Assembly: GCA_965231155.1 (NCBI GenBank)
Contig: OZ246418.1
Span: 110,850 to 174,849 of the forward strand
Direction: 5' to 3'
From: an uncultured Candidatus Saccharibacteria bacterium
GTDB lineage: Bacteria; Patescibacteriota; Minisyncoccia; UBA6257; 2-01-FULL-56-20
Length of the DNA stretch: 64,000 nucleotides
Shown here: positions 53,340 through 62,801 of the stretch, piece by piece
How positions within the stretch are numbered: position 1 is the first letter of the stretch
Layout of the letters: the number at the start of each line of letters is the position of its first letter
The notes under the pieces: generated by a model
What the model was told of the DNA's origin: nothing
The model's database searches: none
Seen by the model: the letters and a program-made list of their open reading frames with translations, nothing else
Position numbers and translations under genes: made by a program

Positions 53340-54278
53340 TTATCGCTGGCTAAACCGTTGCCAGATCAAAAGAAGTGGGCTGGCTACGAAAATAGAGGAG
53401 TAGGTACCCAAGGTAGTACCCAGGAGTAAGGTGGCAATAAAGTAGTGCAAAGTGCTTGGTCCCAAGAAAAGCAGGGCGATCAATACGAGAATCAAAGTAA
53501 ACGAAGTACCCACCGAACGGACCATCGTCTGATTGATACTATCATTAATAACCTCAGCAAAATTATCCTTGCCACGATGCAAAATCAGGTTCTCTCGAAT
53601 ACGATCAAAAACAACGATGGTGTCGTGGACGGAGAAACCAGCAATCACAAGAAGTGCCACAACGAAATTTGAGTCGATTTCAATCCCCTGAGTCTTTCCT
53701 AAGATACTCAGAAAACCAGCCGGCACAATAACATCATGGAAGAGCGTCACAAGTGTCACAATACCGTATTTCCAGGAACTAATTGGTCGAGAAACTTTTC
53801 GGAAGGCAAAGGCAATGTAAATAGAAATCCCTAAAAGAACGAAGATAACAGCCATGATAGCGTTCTTTCTCAGCTCAGCACCAACCGAAGGACCAATCGA
53901 CTGAAAACTCAGTTCGGTAAAACCAGGCAAGCTAGATTTCAGAATTGAAGCTCCACGATCGTGAATGGTCTGATCAACAACCGGAAGCTTAGCGAGAATA
54001 CTTCTGTCCGAACCAACATAAGTAAGATGGACATCACTTATCTTCAGGCTGTCTCGAAAAACTGTCTCAATCTTTGCGAGATCGGCGGAGTTATCTACTC
54101 TAAAACGCCACAAGGAACCACCGGTAAAATCAATTCCCTCTTTAAACTGGAACACACCAATAGCAATCAACGCGGTAAGCGTAAGAACACCGGAAATACC
54201 CAAAAAGATCCAGCGGTTTTTTATAATTTGTAGATTAAGAGTTTTCTCTAACATGGATTTATTTTTTATTGCGACCAA
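53340..54278 (-). CDS. secF: Protein-export membrane protein SecF.
   Basis: LGISGVLTLTALIAIGVFQFKEGIDFTGGSLWRF and the SecD/F C-terminal six-helix bundle pattern; adjacent to SecD. Confidence 0.85.
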   Translation of the reverse strand: MVAIKNKSMLEKTLNLQIIKNRWIFLGISGVLTLTALIAIGVFQFKEGIDFTGGSLWRFRVDNSADLAKIETVFRDSLKISDVHLTYVGSDRSILAKLPVVDQTIHDRGASILKSSLPGFTELSFQSIGPSVGAELRKNAIMAVIFVLLGISIYIAFAFRKVSRPISSWKYGIVTLVTLFHDVIVPAGFLSILGKTQGIEIDSNFVVALLVIAGFSVHDTIVVFDRIRENLILHRGKDNFAEVINDSINQTMVRSVGTSFTLILVLIALLFLGPSTLHYFIATLLLGTTLGTYSSIFVASPLLLIWQRFSQR

Positions 54279-55509
54279 GTACTTTAAGGAAAGCCCAGGT
54301 GACCAAAAGTGCGCTGAACATGCTAATCAGGACTCCTAATAGAAGGGTGAGGGCAAAACCACGGATAAATCCGGTAGTGAAAATATATAGGATAACAGCA
54401 GTGAGACTGGTACTAATATTGGAATCTCGGATAGAAGGCCAGGCCCGACGAAAACCTTCATCAATAGCCGCCTGCTTAGAAAGTCCTTTTCTCAACTCCT
54501 CTTTCATTCGCTCAAAGATAAGGATGTTTGCATCAACTGCCATACCAATCGTGAGAATGAAACCAGCGAGTCCCGCGAGAGTGAGAGTTACTGGGATAAG
54601 CTTAAAGACGGCTAAGGTGACTGGCACGTATACAAGCAGTGCGAGAGAGGCAATCATACCAACCCAACCATAGAAGATGATCATAAAGGCCATTACGACA
54701 AGCGTTCCGGTGGCACCAGCAACAATAGCTCGGCGAAGAAGGTCGGCACCCAAAGTGGCACTCACCGTATCTTGATTGATAAGACTGATTGGTGCTGGTA
54801 AGGCTCCGGCATTGAAACGACCAACGATCTCCTTTGCTCGTTGCGTGGTGAAGTGACCGGTAATCCGAGCCTGCCCCCCGCTAATCTCATCCTGCACTCG
54901 TGGACAACTATCCTGAGCGCTATCCGGAATAATTAACTGATTGTCGATGAACACACAAATTGGCTTTCCAATGTTCTTCTTGGTGAGCTCCTGAAATATC
55001 TGCGCCCCCTGCTCATTCAAAGTGAAGTTAATTTCTGGGGACTGTGTCGTTGAATCGAAGCTCAACTGGGCGCTAGTAATGTACTGTCCAGTAAGAGAAG
55101 TTTGAATGAACTGAGTACTCGAACCAGCCTCCTGAACTTCTCGGAAGTCGAGACTTGGTGTTGCACCAATGAGCTGAATCGCTTGACCAACATCCTTAAT
55201 GCCTGCCAACTCAACCACCAACTCAGACCGATCGCCTGTCTGAGCAACATACACCTGAGGCTCACTCACGCCAAAAAGATTAACTCGCTTTTCAATAACA
55301 TCGCGTAAGCCGTTTAAAACCGTGGTTTTGTCAGCATCTCCCACTTTGGACAGGTCGACGTTATAAACTAAGTGACTACCACCAACTAAATCAAGACCAA
55401 GATGCCAAGGGCGATAGGTATTGGCAATACTTCCTGGATAAACGAACACTATCGACAAGGCCGTTACTACAATAACCAAACCGAGAATGAATTTTGGATC
55501 GCGTCGCAT
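54259..55509 (-). CDS. secD: Protein-export membrane protein SecD.
   Basis: LGLDLVGGSHLVYNV, a large periplasmic domain, and the C-terminal SecDF transmembrane bundle (FDANILIFERMKEELRKG). Confidence 0.85.
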   Translation of the reverse strand: MRRDPKFILGLVIVVTALSIVFVYPGSIANTYRPWHLGLDLVGGSHLVYNVDLSKVGDADKTTVLNGLRDVIEKRVNLFGVSEPQVYVAQTGDRSELVVELAGIKDVGQAIQLIGATPSLDFREVQEAGSSTQFIQTSLTGQYITSAQLSFDSTTQSPEINFTLNEQGAQIFQELTKKNIGKPICVFIDNQLIIPDSAQDSCPRVQDEISGGQARITGHFTTQRAKEIVGRFNAGALPAPISLINQDTVSATLGADLLRRAIVAGATGTLVVMAFMIIFYGWVGMIASLALLVYVPVTLAVFKLIPVTLTLAGLAGFILTIGMAVDANILIFERMKEELRKGLSKQAAIDEGFRRAWPSIRDSNISTSLTAVILYIFTTGFIRGFALTLLLGVLISMFSALLVTWAFLKVLGRNKK

Positions 55510-55748
55510 GTTAGTAAGAATGAAGACTAGTCTACCAGGAAGAGACTATATTGGCAAGAAATAGTGGCTTGGATTTCCCTTGCTAGACCACGGATAGAAT
55601 TCTGACTGAGTTCTTCCTATACTCCTGCCGCCGCAGTCCGCAGTGATCTAGGAGAGGGAAATCCTCGACTGGAGTTACTAAAGGAATATCCAAAAGCTTG
55701 CCTATCAGCAGGTAGGCCTCGCAATAATATACAAACTCCGAGTGTAAT

Positions 55749-55783
55749 AAAAAAGACTTCATTTCTTTGAAGTCTTTTTATAT
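55749..55783. terminator. Bidirectional rho-independent terminator downstream of the 55804..58869 gene.
   Basis: Hairpin AAGACTTCA-tttcttt-TGAAGTCTT at 55752..55778, flanked by AAAAA upstream and TTTTTAT downstream. Confidence 0.6.
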
Positions 55784-55803
55784 CAGTCAACTGCTTTTAG
55801 AAA

Positions 55804-58800
55804 CTACCGACCAAGCGTTGCTTGGATCTGGAGGATCCAACTCTGAAGACCATCTAGAATACTGGCCATCTGCTGAGGGCTGGCGTTACTGGCCTGAGTA
55901 CTGGAGCTGGTGGTGGAAGTTGTTGGTCCGGCTACACACTGTGATCCGCCCACACGGTTCTGGGTGGCGATCGTGATATCGGCAGTCGTGATACGGCCAT
56001 CACCAGTACCATCGCCAATTTTTAGTTCATCGGCGGTTGGCGTGGAACCGGCATTGATGTTAGCCATTCTACTCAGTTCAGTGAGTGAGATGCTGCCGTC
56101 GCGATCAAAGTCGCCGACTTTCACTGCACCTGGCATGGTACAGGAGATAAGAATGGTTGAGGTAGGAGTGCTTTCTCCGGCCACCGTAATTACGGTAGTT
56201 TTACGATCAGATGCATCCAGTCGATAGGTATTGGCATAGAATTCAACGTTATTACTCGAACCTGCCTGACTGGCAGTGGGAGTCCAGAGAAATACGTATG
56301 TATTAGGCAGGACATTCAAAGGAGGAGTAAGCAAGGCATGCAGAATAATATCAGAATCTGCCTTCTCAATCGCGCCATTACCATCGACATCAGCCAAAAT
56401 TCTTTGCTCACTATCTGCCTGATATGTTCCTAGCGAGGTTCGCAAAATGATTACCGAATCTGTCTGAGTAATTGCGCCATCACGATTCACATCACCCTTC
56501 CTCAAGAAACGTGATCCCAATGGGAGATTACTTGCTTGAACGATAATCGGTACTGAAGTAAGTGTCGCCACTGGAGTCACATTTACTACGAAAGAAACCA
56601 ATTTCCCTGGAGCGGCTCCCGCGACTTCCGGCGCGTTGATGATAATCGGTGAAGAAACGAAAGGAGAGAAAACAACGGTTACTGGATTAGAAGTCGTGCT
56701 TCCGCCTGGACCAGTACAAGAGATCGTATAGATACTTGTTTGAGTAAGAGAAACCGGCATGCTTCCCGAAGTAGCAAGATTTGTTTTTTCGTACGCACAC
56801 GAGTTGGCATTTGTAGAGTTCCAAGAGAGCACAACAGTTCCTGGTTTGCCGTCTGAGACAATTGAAGTCGGATTCGCAGAAAGGGTAACTGTTGGCGGAG
56901 TCGTCTGGCTCAGCCCTACTACACTCACGCTTTTAATGATTGGTCGACCGGCGTACGAATAGAAGCCGATCTTCCCACTTGAAAACTGCGTATCGGAAAC
57001 CTTCATCTGCCAGTCTGGTTCTGTTCCTCCAGCCGGGTAAGCTTTTCCATAGATCATGTTCCCTTGGAAACGAAGTTTCAAAATGTAGTCGGTATTGGGA
57101 CTGATCGGCACCTGTGGCCATCCATCTACATCCATGTAGTTCACATCCTGATCGGCATTTTTGAAGATCGAGAGTGTGGCCGTATTACTACCACCCCAGG
57201 CAGTAGTGAGACAGTAACCTCTTCCATTGTCGTCCATGCGTCCACAAAGCCCGATCTCACTGCCGCTTCGGAAACGCACTACTGCTTGTACGTCATAATC
57301 AGACATTGCCGCCATACTCCGAGCCACTATCTTGTAATGTAGACTGCTAGCCGTTTCCTGTTTCATTCCCTCCTGATCGACGATCCAGTTGCCATAGCCA
57401 TTGGCGTAGTTACTTCCGAAGGTGACATAGAGCGGCGTCCAGTTATATCCTCCAAAACTCAGAGTCGTGGGAGTTGAGGTTGAGTTATTGTCACCACTAA
57501 AAATCTTAAAAAATGAATCACTTTGATCACAGTATATGCGCTCTCTTCCTGTAGCTACCGTACAAATACTCACCTGATATACTCCATCAGGAATTGCACC
57601 GCCAGATATGGTACTTCTACCTACTTCCCAGTTATAAACCTGTTTATCCTGAGCCTGTGGCAAAACATTGGCAGCAATCTGGTATGGGGCGAGCATAACC
57701 GTCGGCAGTGCGCAGGGTGGGTTAGTGTAAGAACACTGCGGTGGTGTGCTGTATGGCTGGAGATAGATATTTACTGGTTTACTCAGATTCTGAGTCCACG
57801 TAATAACATCTGAAGCGCCACGCTGGAGTGACTCTCCGCCGTTTGGATAACGAACAGTAAGGGAAAGTTGGGGGGTGGTACTACACTGGAATGTTGCATA
57901 TTCGTTCGTACCATCCATCGTAGTATAAGCGTACTCGCCACAGGAACTCTTCCAGGTGATGGCATCGCCCCTATTGCCCGTCACGTTAACCACACAAGCA
58001 TCCTGCCCCGGCTGACTACTACACCCCAGTTCATGATATGGGCTTGTCTGATCGGTAGCGGTATAACACCTTTGCTCAGTGTTCGATCCGTTAAACACAC
58101 ACTTAACCTGCTCAGAAACTTTCACTGGTTCGGGATCTGAAACCGTCGAAACAACCATAGTTGCCTGCTGACCACCGACGCTCGTCATAGAGATCTCCAT
58201 ACCAAATATCTGCCTTTTGTCTCCTGCCTTCATGCTAAATGATTCTGCCTTATTAAGTTGTTGGTCGCTAACTGAGAGAACCGCATACGCTGGAGGCTGT
58301 GGGCAAGGAGCCTGAATACAATAGATAGCCGCCTGAGTAATGCTATCTAAAGAAATCTCCACATTCTTATAATCGGTGACTACCGCTTCCTGTCTAATTT
58401 TCAAAGTAAATGGAACGTTCAGACGAGCTTTGATGGAATTATCAGACGGAGGGAGAATCTCACAACCGTACAGACTATTTAGCTTACCTCGGGTCAAAGG
58501 GCCAACGTAACCAGTCTGACGAATCCCATACTTGGCTTGGAACTGAACTACTGCTGCAGCAGTATTTTCGCTAAAAATCGAACTAAAGTTACTGCTGTGC
58601 TCGACATTATACCCCTCTCTCGCGAGTGCATTCTCGAGAGCGGATACCTCCTCACCAACGGCACCCACGGTTAGATCTGCGTTAAAGGTATGACACCATC
58701 TCCCTTCTCCTCCGCCTTGTTGCTGCGCCAGCTGAGCCTGAAGCTGCTGGATCTGGGCCATCAGCGACGCAATCTGCGCCTGCAAGTCAGACGTACTCTG

Positions 58801-58869
58801 CGCGCCAGCCATCGACGGGACTAAAGTAGCTAACACTAACACTGCTCCTACCAGTTTTTTTACAAACAT
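55804..58869 (-). CDS. Giant secreted or cell-surface protein with a signal peptide, coiled-coil Gln/Ala repeats, a peptidoglycan-binding (PG_binding_1-like) domain and two C-terminal dockerin-like modules.
   Basis: MFVKKLVGAVLVLATLVPSMAGAQS (signal), LQAQIASLMAQIQQLQAQLAQQQ, ...AKYGIRQTGYVGPLTRGKLN (PG-binding-like), and four Dx[ND]xDG..I...D repeats (GDVNRDGAITQTD, DVDGNGAIEKAD, GDFDRDGSISLTE, GDGTGDGRITTAD). 1021 aa. Confidence 0.65.
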   Translation of the reverse strand: MFVKKLVGAVLVLATLVPSMAGAQSTSDLQAQIASLMAQIQQLQAQLAQQQGGGEGRWCHTFNADLTVGAVGEEVSALENALAREGYNVEHSSNFSSIFSENTAAAVVQFQAKYGIRQTGYVGPLTRGKLNSLYGCEILPPSDNSIKARLNVPFTLKIRQEAVVTDYKNVEISLDSITQAAIYCIQAPCPQPPAYAVLSVSDQQLNKAESFSMKAGDKRQIFGMEISMTSVGGQQATMVVSTVSDPEPVKVSEQVKCVFNGSNTEQRCYTATDQTSPYHELGCSSQPGQDACVVNVTGNRGDAITWKSSCGEYAYTTMDGTNEYATFQCSTTPQLSLTVRYPNGGESLQRGASDVITWTQNLSKPVNIYLQPYSTPPQCSYTNPPCALPTVMLAPYQIAANVLPQAQDKQVYNWEVGRSTISGGAIPDGVYQVSICTVATGRERIYCDQSDSFFKIFSGDNNSTSTPTTLSFGGYNWTPLYVTFGSNYANGYGNWIVDQEGMKQETASSLHYKIVARSMAAMSDYDVQAVVRFRSGSEIGLCGRMDDNGRGYCLTTAWGGSNTATLSIFKNADQDVNYMDVDGWPQVPISPNTDYILKLRFQGNMIYGKAYPAGGTEPDWQMKVSDTQFSSGKIGFYSYAGRPIIKSVSVVGLSQTTPPTVTLSANPTSIVSDGKPGTVVLSWNSTNANSCAYEKTNLATSGSMPVSLTQTSIYTISCTGPGGSTTSNPVTVVFSPFVSSPIIINAPEVAGAAPGKLVSFVVNVTPVATLTSVPIIVQASNLPLGSRFLRKGDVNRDGAITQTDSVIILRTSLGTYQADSEQRILADVDGNGAIEKADSDIILHALLTPPLNVLPNTYVFLWTPTASQAGSSNNVEFYANTYRLDASDRKTTVITVAGESTPTSTILISCTMPGAVKVGDFDRDGSISLTELSRMANINAGSTPTADELKIGDGTGDGRITTADITIATQNRVGGSQCVAGPTTSTTSSSTQASNASPQQMASILDGLQSWILQIQATLGR

Positions 58870-58979
58870 GTAATTAGAAATTTTAAGGGAGACTTTTGAC
58901 GCATTTTTGCGTTTGAGGAAAGTATATCACACTCGGGGGGGCGTATAACCCAACTAGAAATTCTAGCTTTCCATATGAG

Positions 58980-59051
58980 TGCCCTCGGAGGGAATTGAAC
59001 CCCCATTTTCTCCTTAGGACGGAGCTGTTCTATCCGTTGAACTACGAAGGC
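58980..59051 (-). tRNA. tRNA-Arg (anticodon CCU), 72 nt.
   Basis: The reverse complement folds as a cloverleaf: acceptor GCCTTCG/CGAGGGC (one G-U pair), D-arm GTTC-AACGGATA-GAAC, anticodon arm GCTCC-gtCCTaa-GGAGA (one mismatch at 27-43), T-arm GGGGG-TTCAATT-CCCTC, discriminator A. No CCA is encoded. Confidence 0.6.
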
Positions 59052-59144
59052 AATGACCCTCTGATAGTATCTGTCTAGCTCTTCTAAGGCAAATATAATC
59101 GAACCCTAAAGTTCTTCTCTGTTTCATGATATCTGAGTACGATT

Positions 59145-59858
59145 ATGTGTATGAGGCAGCAGTTTAAGAATTTTAAAAAGGAGGCCATCATCCTAAGAGG
59201 AAAGGGCAAGACGTATGCGGAGATCCGATCCATCCTGGGAGCAAACGTACCAAAAAGTACTTTTTCTCTTTGGTTCCGCAGTGTTCAATTTTCAGAAAAA
59301 CAAGCGCAAAAGATTAGAGAAGCTCAGAAAATAAATATCTTCAAAGGACGCCAGAATGCCCTCATGGTTCTTGGCAATAAAAAACAAATATATATTCAGT
59401 CAATAAACTCTCGAGTGAAGCACCTCCCCGCCCTCCTTCAGAATAAAGATGTGGGAAAGATCTCATTGGGGATGCTTTATTTGGGAGAAGGAGGAAAAAC
59501 TAGAAAGAGCTCACTCATGTTTGGTAATTCTAATCCTGATATTATTCGCCTATTTCTTGGCTTGTTAAGAAACTGCTACCCTATCGAAGAACGGAGGATT
59601 CGATGTACTGTTCAGTGCCGAGCAGATCAAGATTCCGAAAAGCTTGAAGAATTCTGGGCTATGATTACACACGTCCCTCGATCTCATTTTTATAAGACAC
59701 GAATTGACCCACGTACAATTGGGAAGCCCTCAAGAAAACTTGATTATAAGGGGGTATGTCGGATAGAATACCTTTCAGCGGATATCTATACTGAATTAAA
59801 GATGATTGGCTCTTTGCTCAGTCGAAACCCTTCAGATTGGAAAGTTCCCGTAGTATAA
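59145..59858 (+). CDS. Hypothetical protein with an N-terminal HTH-like segment and a weak LAGLIDADG-like motif; located between two tRNA genes.
   Basis: 237 aa. KGKTYAEIRSILGANVPKSTFSLW looks HTH-like. ISLGMLYLGEGGK loosely resembles a LAGLIDADG core (hydrophobic-x-G-hydrophobic-hydrophobic-x-G-[DE]-G). The assignment is weak. Confidence 0.4.
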   Translation: MCMRQQFKNFKKEAIILRGKGKTYAEIRSILGANVPKSTFSLWFRSVQFSEKQAQKIREAQKINIFKGRQNALMVLGNKKQIYIQSINSRVKHLPALLQNKDVGKISLGMLYLGEGGKTRKSSLMFGNSNPDIIRLFLGLLRNCYPIEERRIRCTVQCRADQDSEKLEEFWAMITHVPRSHFYKTRIDPRTIGKPSRKLDYKGVCRIEYLSADIYTELKMIGSLLSRNPSDWKVPVV

Positions 59859-59861
59859 AAT

Positions 59862-59934
59862 GGGCCGTTAGCTCACTTGGTAGAGCGCTTCCATGGCATG
59901 GAAGAGGCAACCGGTTCGAATCCGGTACGGTCCA
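59862..59934 (+). tRNA. tRNA-Ala (anticodon GGC), 73 nt.
   Basis: Acceptor GGGCCGT/ACGGTCC with the G3:U70 alanine identity pair; D-arm GCTC-ACTTGGTA-GAGC; anticodon arm CTTCC-atGGCat-GGAAG; T-arm ACCGG-TTCGAAT-CCGGT; discriminator A. Confidence 0.75.
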
Positions 59935-59954
59935 CTGATAAGCTCTCTTTTCTT

Positions 59955-61256
59955 TTAGCAGTTACTCCCCGCGATATAGCCGGTGGTCCAACACAACTGC
60001 AAACTATATCCCCCGGACGGACGGTCGATATTCAGAACGTCGCCGACGAGATACAGTTGCGGAATAAGTCGCGACTGCATGGTTTTGAAGTTCACTTCTT
60101 TCAAAACCACACCGCCTGAGGAAACTACGGCCTTATCCTTGCCGAGTAAACCAGACACATGAAGAGGAATACTTTTCAGCAAAGAAACGAGTGCTTTGCG
60201 GTCTTCGGATCTCACGCTGTGATTTGGCGTATCACCGTCGATGCGCGCGAGTTGCAGAAGTGGATCAACAAGTGCTGGAAGAATAAACGACGAAAGAGAA
60301 TTTCTTAATTTTTTATTACTCTGGCCGACAAGCAACGCCTGGAGTTTTTCTCGCAAGGCGCCATTATCAAGCGTCGGAAAAATATCGAGCATAATCACCA
60401 CTCCCCCACGAACGGCGGTTTTCTTTTTGGTCTCATCTTCATACTCCGAACCTTCAGCTCCATACAACAGCTCCCCGACTTCACGACTCATATTCAACAC
60501 CGTTGGACCACTGATCCCGACGTGAGTGAAAAGAATCTTTCCTTTATAAATTTTTTGTTTTACACCGCCTTTGAAGGTGGTGAGTTTAATATCCTGCAGT
60601 GATACTCCCGCCAGTTTTTTCGTCCAGGAATCCTGAAGCGCGATCGGCACTAGGGCAACATTATTTTCGGCGATAGTATGTCCGAGTTTTTTAAGCCAAC
60701 GAAAACCTTCGCCCGTTGAACCTGTCTCTGGTCGTGAGATTCCCCCGGTCGCGACCACACACGACTTGGCCTGAATTTCTGAACCATCTACCAAGGTCAC
60801 CACCATTCGCTCCGCTGATTTATTAAAAGAGATCTTCGCCACCTCGGCCTTGGTCTTGATTTTCACGCCACCGGTTTTCATGTAACGAACTAAAACATCC
60901 AAAACTGATTCGGCCTTATTGGAAGTGGGAAAAATTCGGCCTTCAACTTCTTCTTTGGTGGCCATACCGTGACTGTTGAAAAACTGTAACGTCTCCACGA
61001 CGCCGAACTGGGCAAACGCAGAAAAAAGAAACTTGTCGTTTCCTTTGTATTTCGCGAGCATCGTGCGCACCTCTGGCTTGTTGTTCGTGACGTTACACCT
61101 CCCGCCACCAGTGATTAAAAGCTTCTTGCCGAGTGAAGGATTCTTTTCCAATAGCAACACTTGCTGACCCCGTTCCGCCGCGCGCCCAGCCGCCATCATT
61201 CCCGCTGGTCCCCCGCCGACAACCACCACATCCCAGATCTGCGATTTTGAGATCAT
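59955..61256 (-). CDS. HI0933-family flavoprotein (BaiN/aminoacetone oxidase-like NAD(P)/FAD-dependent oxidoreductase).
   Basis: WDVVVVGGGPAGMMAAGRAAERGQQVLLLEKNPSLGKKLLITGGGRCNVTN is diagnostic of the HI0933 family; 433 aa. Confidence 0.8.
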   Translation of the reverse strand: MISKSQIWDVVVVGGGPAGMMAAGRAAERGQQVLLLEKNPSLGKKLLITGGGRCNVTNNKPEVRTMLAKYKGNDKFLFSAFAQFGVVETLQFFNSHGMATKEEVEGRIFPTSNKAESVLDVLVRYMKTGGVKIKTKAEVAKISFNKSAERMVVTLVDGSEIQAKSCVVATGGISRPETGSTGEGFRWLKKLGHTIAENNVALVPIALQDSWTKKLAGVSLQDIKLTTFKGGVKQKIYKGKILFTHVGISGPTVLNMSREVGELLYGAEGSEYEDETKKKTAVRGGVVIMLDIFPTLDNGALREKLQALLVGQSNKKLRNSLSSFILPALVDPLLQLARIDGDTPNHSVRSEDRKALVSLLKSIPLHVSGLLGKDKAVVSSGGVVLKEVNFKTMQSRLIPQLYLVGDVLNIDRPSGGYSLQLCWTTGYIAGSNC

Positions 61257-61263
61257 ACAAAGA

Positions 61264-62010
61264 TTACTCCACCTCGCTCACCGCTTTGCGATAGTTACAG
61301 TAGTCACAGACTGGATTTGGTTTTGGCATCTTTCCATCTAAACATTTTTTGATATCGGTAAGCGTCCCTTCGATCCAGGAATCGTCCCCCGTGTAGGGCA
61401 GAAGATCAATATCAAACTCTAGCTTGGCATCAAAGGCCTCACGATCGGTCTTGCCATTACAGTAGACAAAGAATCCCGTATGAGAAACTTTGAGTCCGTT
61501 ATTCCGCAGTAACCACTGATAGATCTCCATCTGGCGCTTATAGCCATCCTGCCACTCGGCATCGAGATTCACGGCCGTCGTTTTACTGGTTGATTTATAG
61601 TCCACCACAATCACCTCGCCATTCTCGTCCTGCCAGAGATCGTCTACCGCGCCAGTGATCATGAGGTTCGTCGGCTTGTGGTGATACTGCACGCCTTTGA
61701 AGTTCTCGCGCCACTCGTTCATTTTCGGATGGTCGAACGGCACCGCCTTGAGGCCATAGGCCTTCATCAAAGGATGCGCCACCTGCTTCGCTCGATGGAT
61801 ATCGAACTCTTTCTTTAAAAGTGTATCAACAGCCGAGTTCAGATTGAACGGAAAACCTGGTGGCTGGCCGATACCGAGCCGACGGTCCAAGTAGAAACAC
61901 TTTGGACAGTGCATAAAGTTTTCTATCTTCGAGCGGGACAGCCGAAATACCTCCGAGCTTTTCGGGTCATAGACGTTTCTGGTGCGGTTGGGATTGTAGA
62001 ATTCAGACAT
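61264..62010 (-). CDS. PD-(D/E)xK nuclease-superfamily protein (Cas4/RecB-like fold) with a probable four-Cys metal or Fe-S site.
   Basis: N-terminal HCPKCFY (CxxC), catalytic-region ITGAVDDLW...VIVVDYKSTSK (D...D.K), C-terminal PVCDYCNY (CxxC). 248 aa. Confidence 0.65.
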   Translation of the reverse strand: MSEFYNPNRTRNVYDPKSSEVFRLSRSKIENFMHCPKCFYLDRRLGIGQPPGFPFNLNSAVDTLLKKEFDIHRAKQVAHPLMKAYGLKAVPFDHPKMNEWRENFKGVQYHHKPTNLMITGAVDDLWQDENGEVIVVDYKSTSKTTAVNLDAEWQDGYKRQMEIYQWLLRNNGLKVSHTGFFVYCNGKTDREAFDAKLEFDIDLLPYTGDDSWIEGTLTDIKKCLDGKMPKPNPVCDYCNYRKAVSEVE

Positions 62011-62030
62011 GGTTAGTTTTCCTCATTATA

Positions 62031-62615
62031 CTACTTCGCTCTCCTTAAACGATGTTCCACCTCGTGCATCCCAAGATCGGCTACAGTTTTCATGGCCATG
62101 AAAAACGGCAGGGAGAGCTGGTTTACTCCAAAGAAGATAAAGGTTAAGTGCATCGGAATAATTCGCAAGTATGGATAGAACATAAGAGTCCCTAGATTCG
62201 GCTTCTTCATCAGCTCTTCACGGTTATACATAAAAGAAAAAAGATGATTCAGAAAGAATACGGCCGAGGCCGAGGCCAAGGCCACTCCAGGAAAATCCAC
62301 CGAAACACCGGACCCGTGTTGCCAGAGAACCAGTAGATAGGCTAGATGAAAGGCTCCATAATGAATAAGAAAGAATCCAGCTACACCGTTTCTACCCTCT
62401 CGTGTTTCCGGAACTGGCTGGCCGTTACTTGTCAGTCCGTCAGTCGTAAATTCTTTAAGGGTGATAATACGTACAAAGTTAAAGAAACCAATCGTCACAC
62501 TTTGCGCCCAGTAAATCCAAAGTAGTGTGCCGATGGCCCACCCCTCGCTAATCGCCAAAAAAATTGTAAAAAGATTGGCAGCGAGAAGCGACCAAGAGGA
62601 ACGATCTTTGATCAT
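62031..62615 (-). CDS. Hypothetical polytopic membrane protein.
   Basis: 194 aa with about five hydrophobic helices; no recognised domain. Confidence 0.45.
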   Translation of the reverse strand: MIKDRSSWSLLAANLFTIFLAISEGWAIGTLLWIYWAQSVTIGFFNFVRIITLKEFTTDGLTSNGQPVPETREGRNGVAGFFLIHYGAFHLAYLLVLWQHGSGVSVDFPGVALASASAVFFLNHLFSFMYNREELMKKPNLGTLMFYPYLRIIPMHLTFIFFGVNQLSLPFFMAMKTVADLGMHEVEHRLRRAK

Positions 62616-62801
62616 AAGAATTGTAAAATTAATCTAACCATCCGTTCTTTACCTTTTCAATCACTCTTGGCTTGGTAAATAATTACACCCTTATTTTTTT
62701 GTATCTTTTTCGATGCCATGTGAAAAATCTGAGCCTACAGCTGTTTTCCCTATCATAAACCAAAAAGAGAGTGGGATACAGTTGTATCCATCACACCCTC
62801 C

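Noticed and set aside
58870-59144. A possible prophage or integrative element at the tRNA genes.
   Set aside because: No integrase, excisionase, direct repeats of the tRNA 3' end, or phage genes are evident nearby. The downstream genes are ordinary metabolic or membrane genes.
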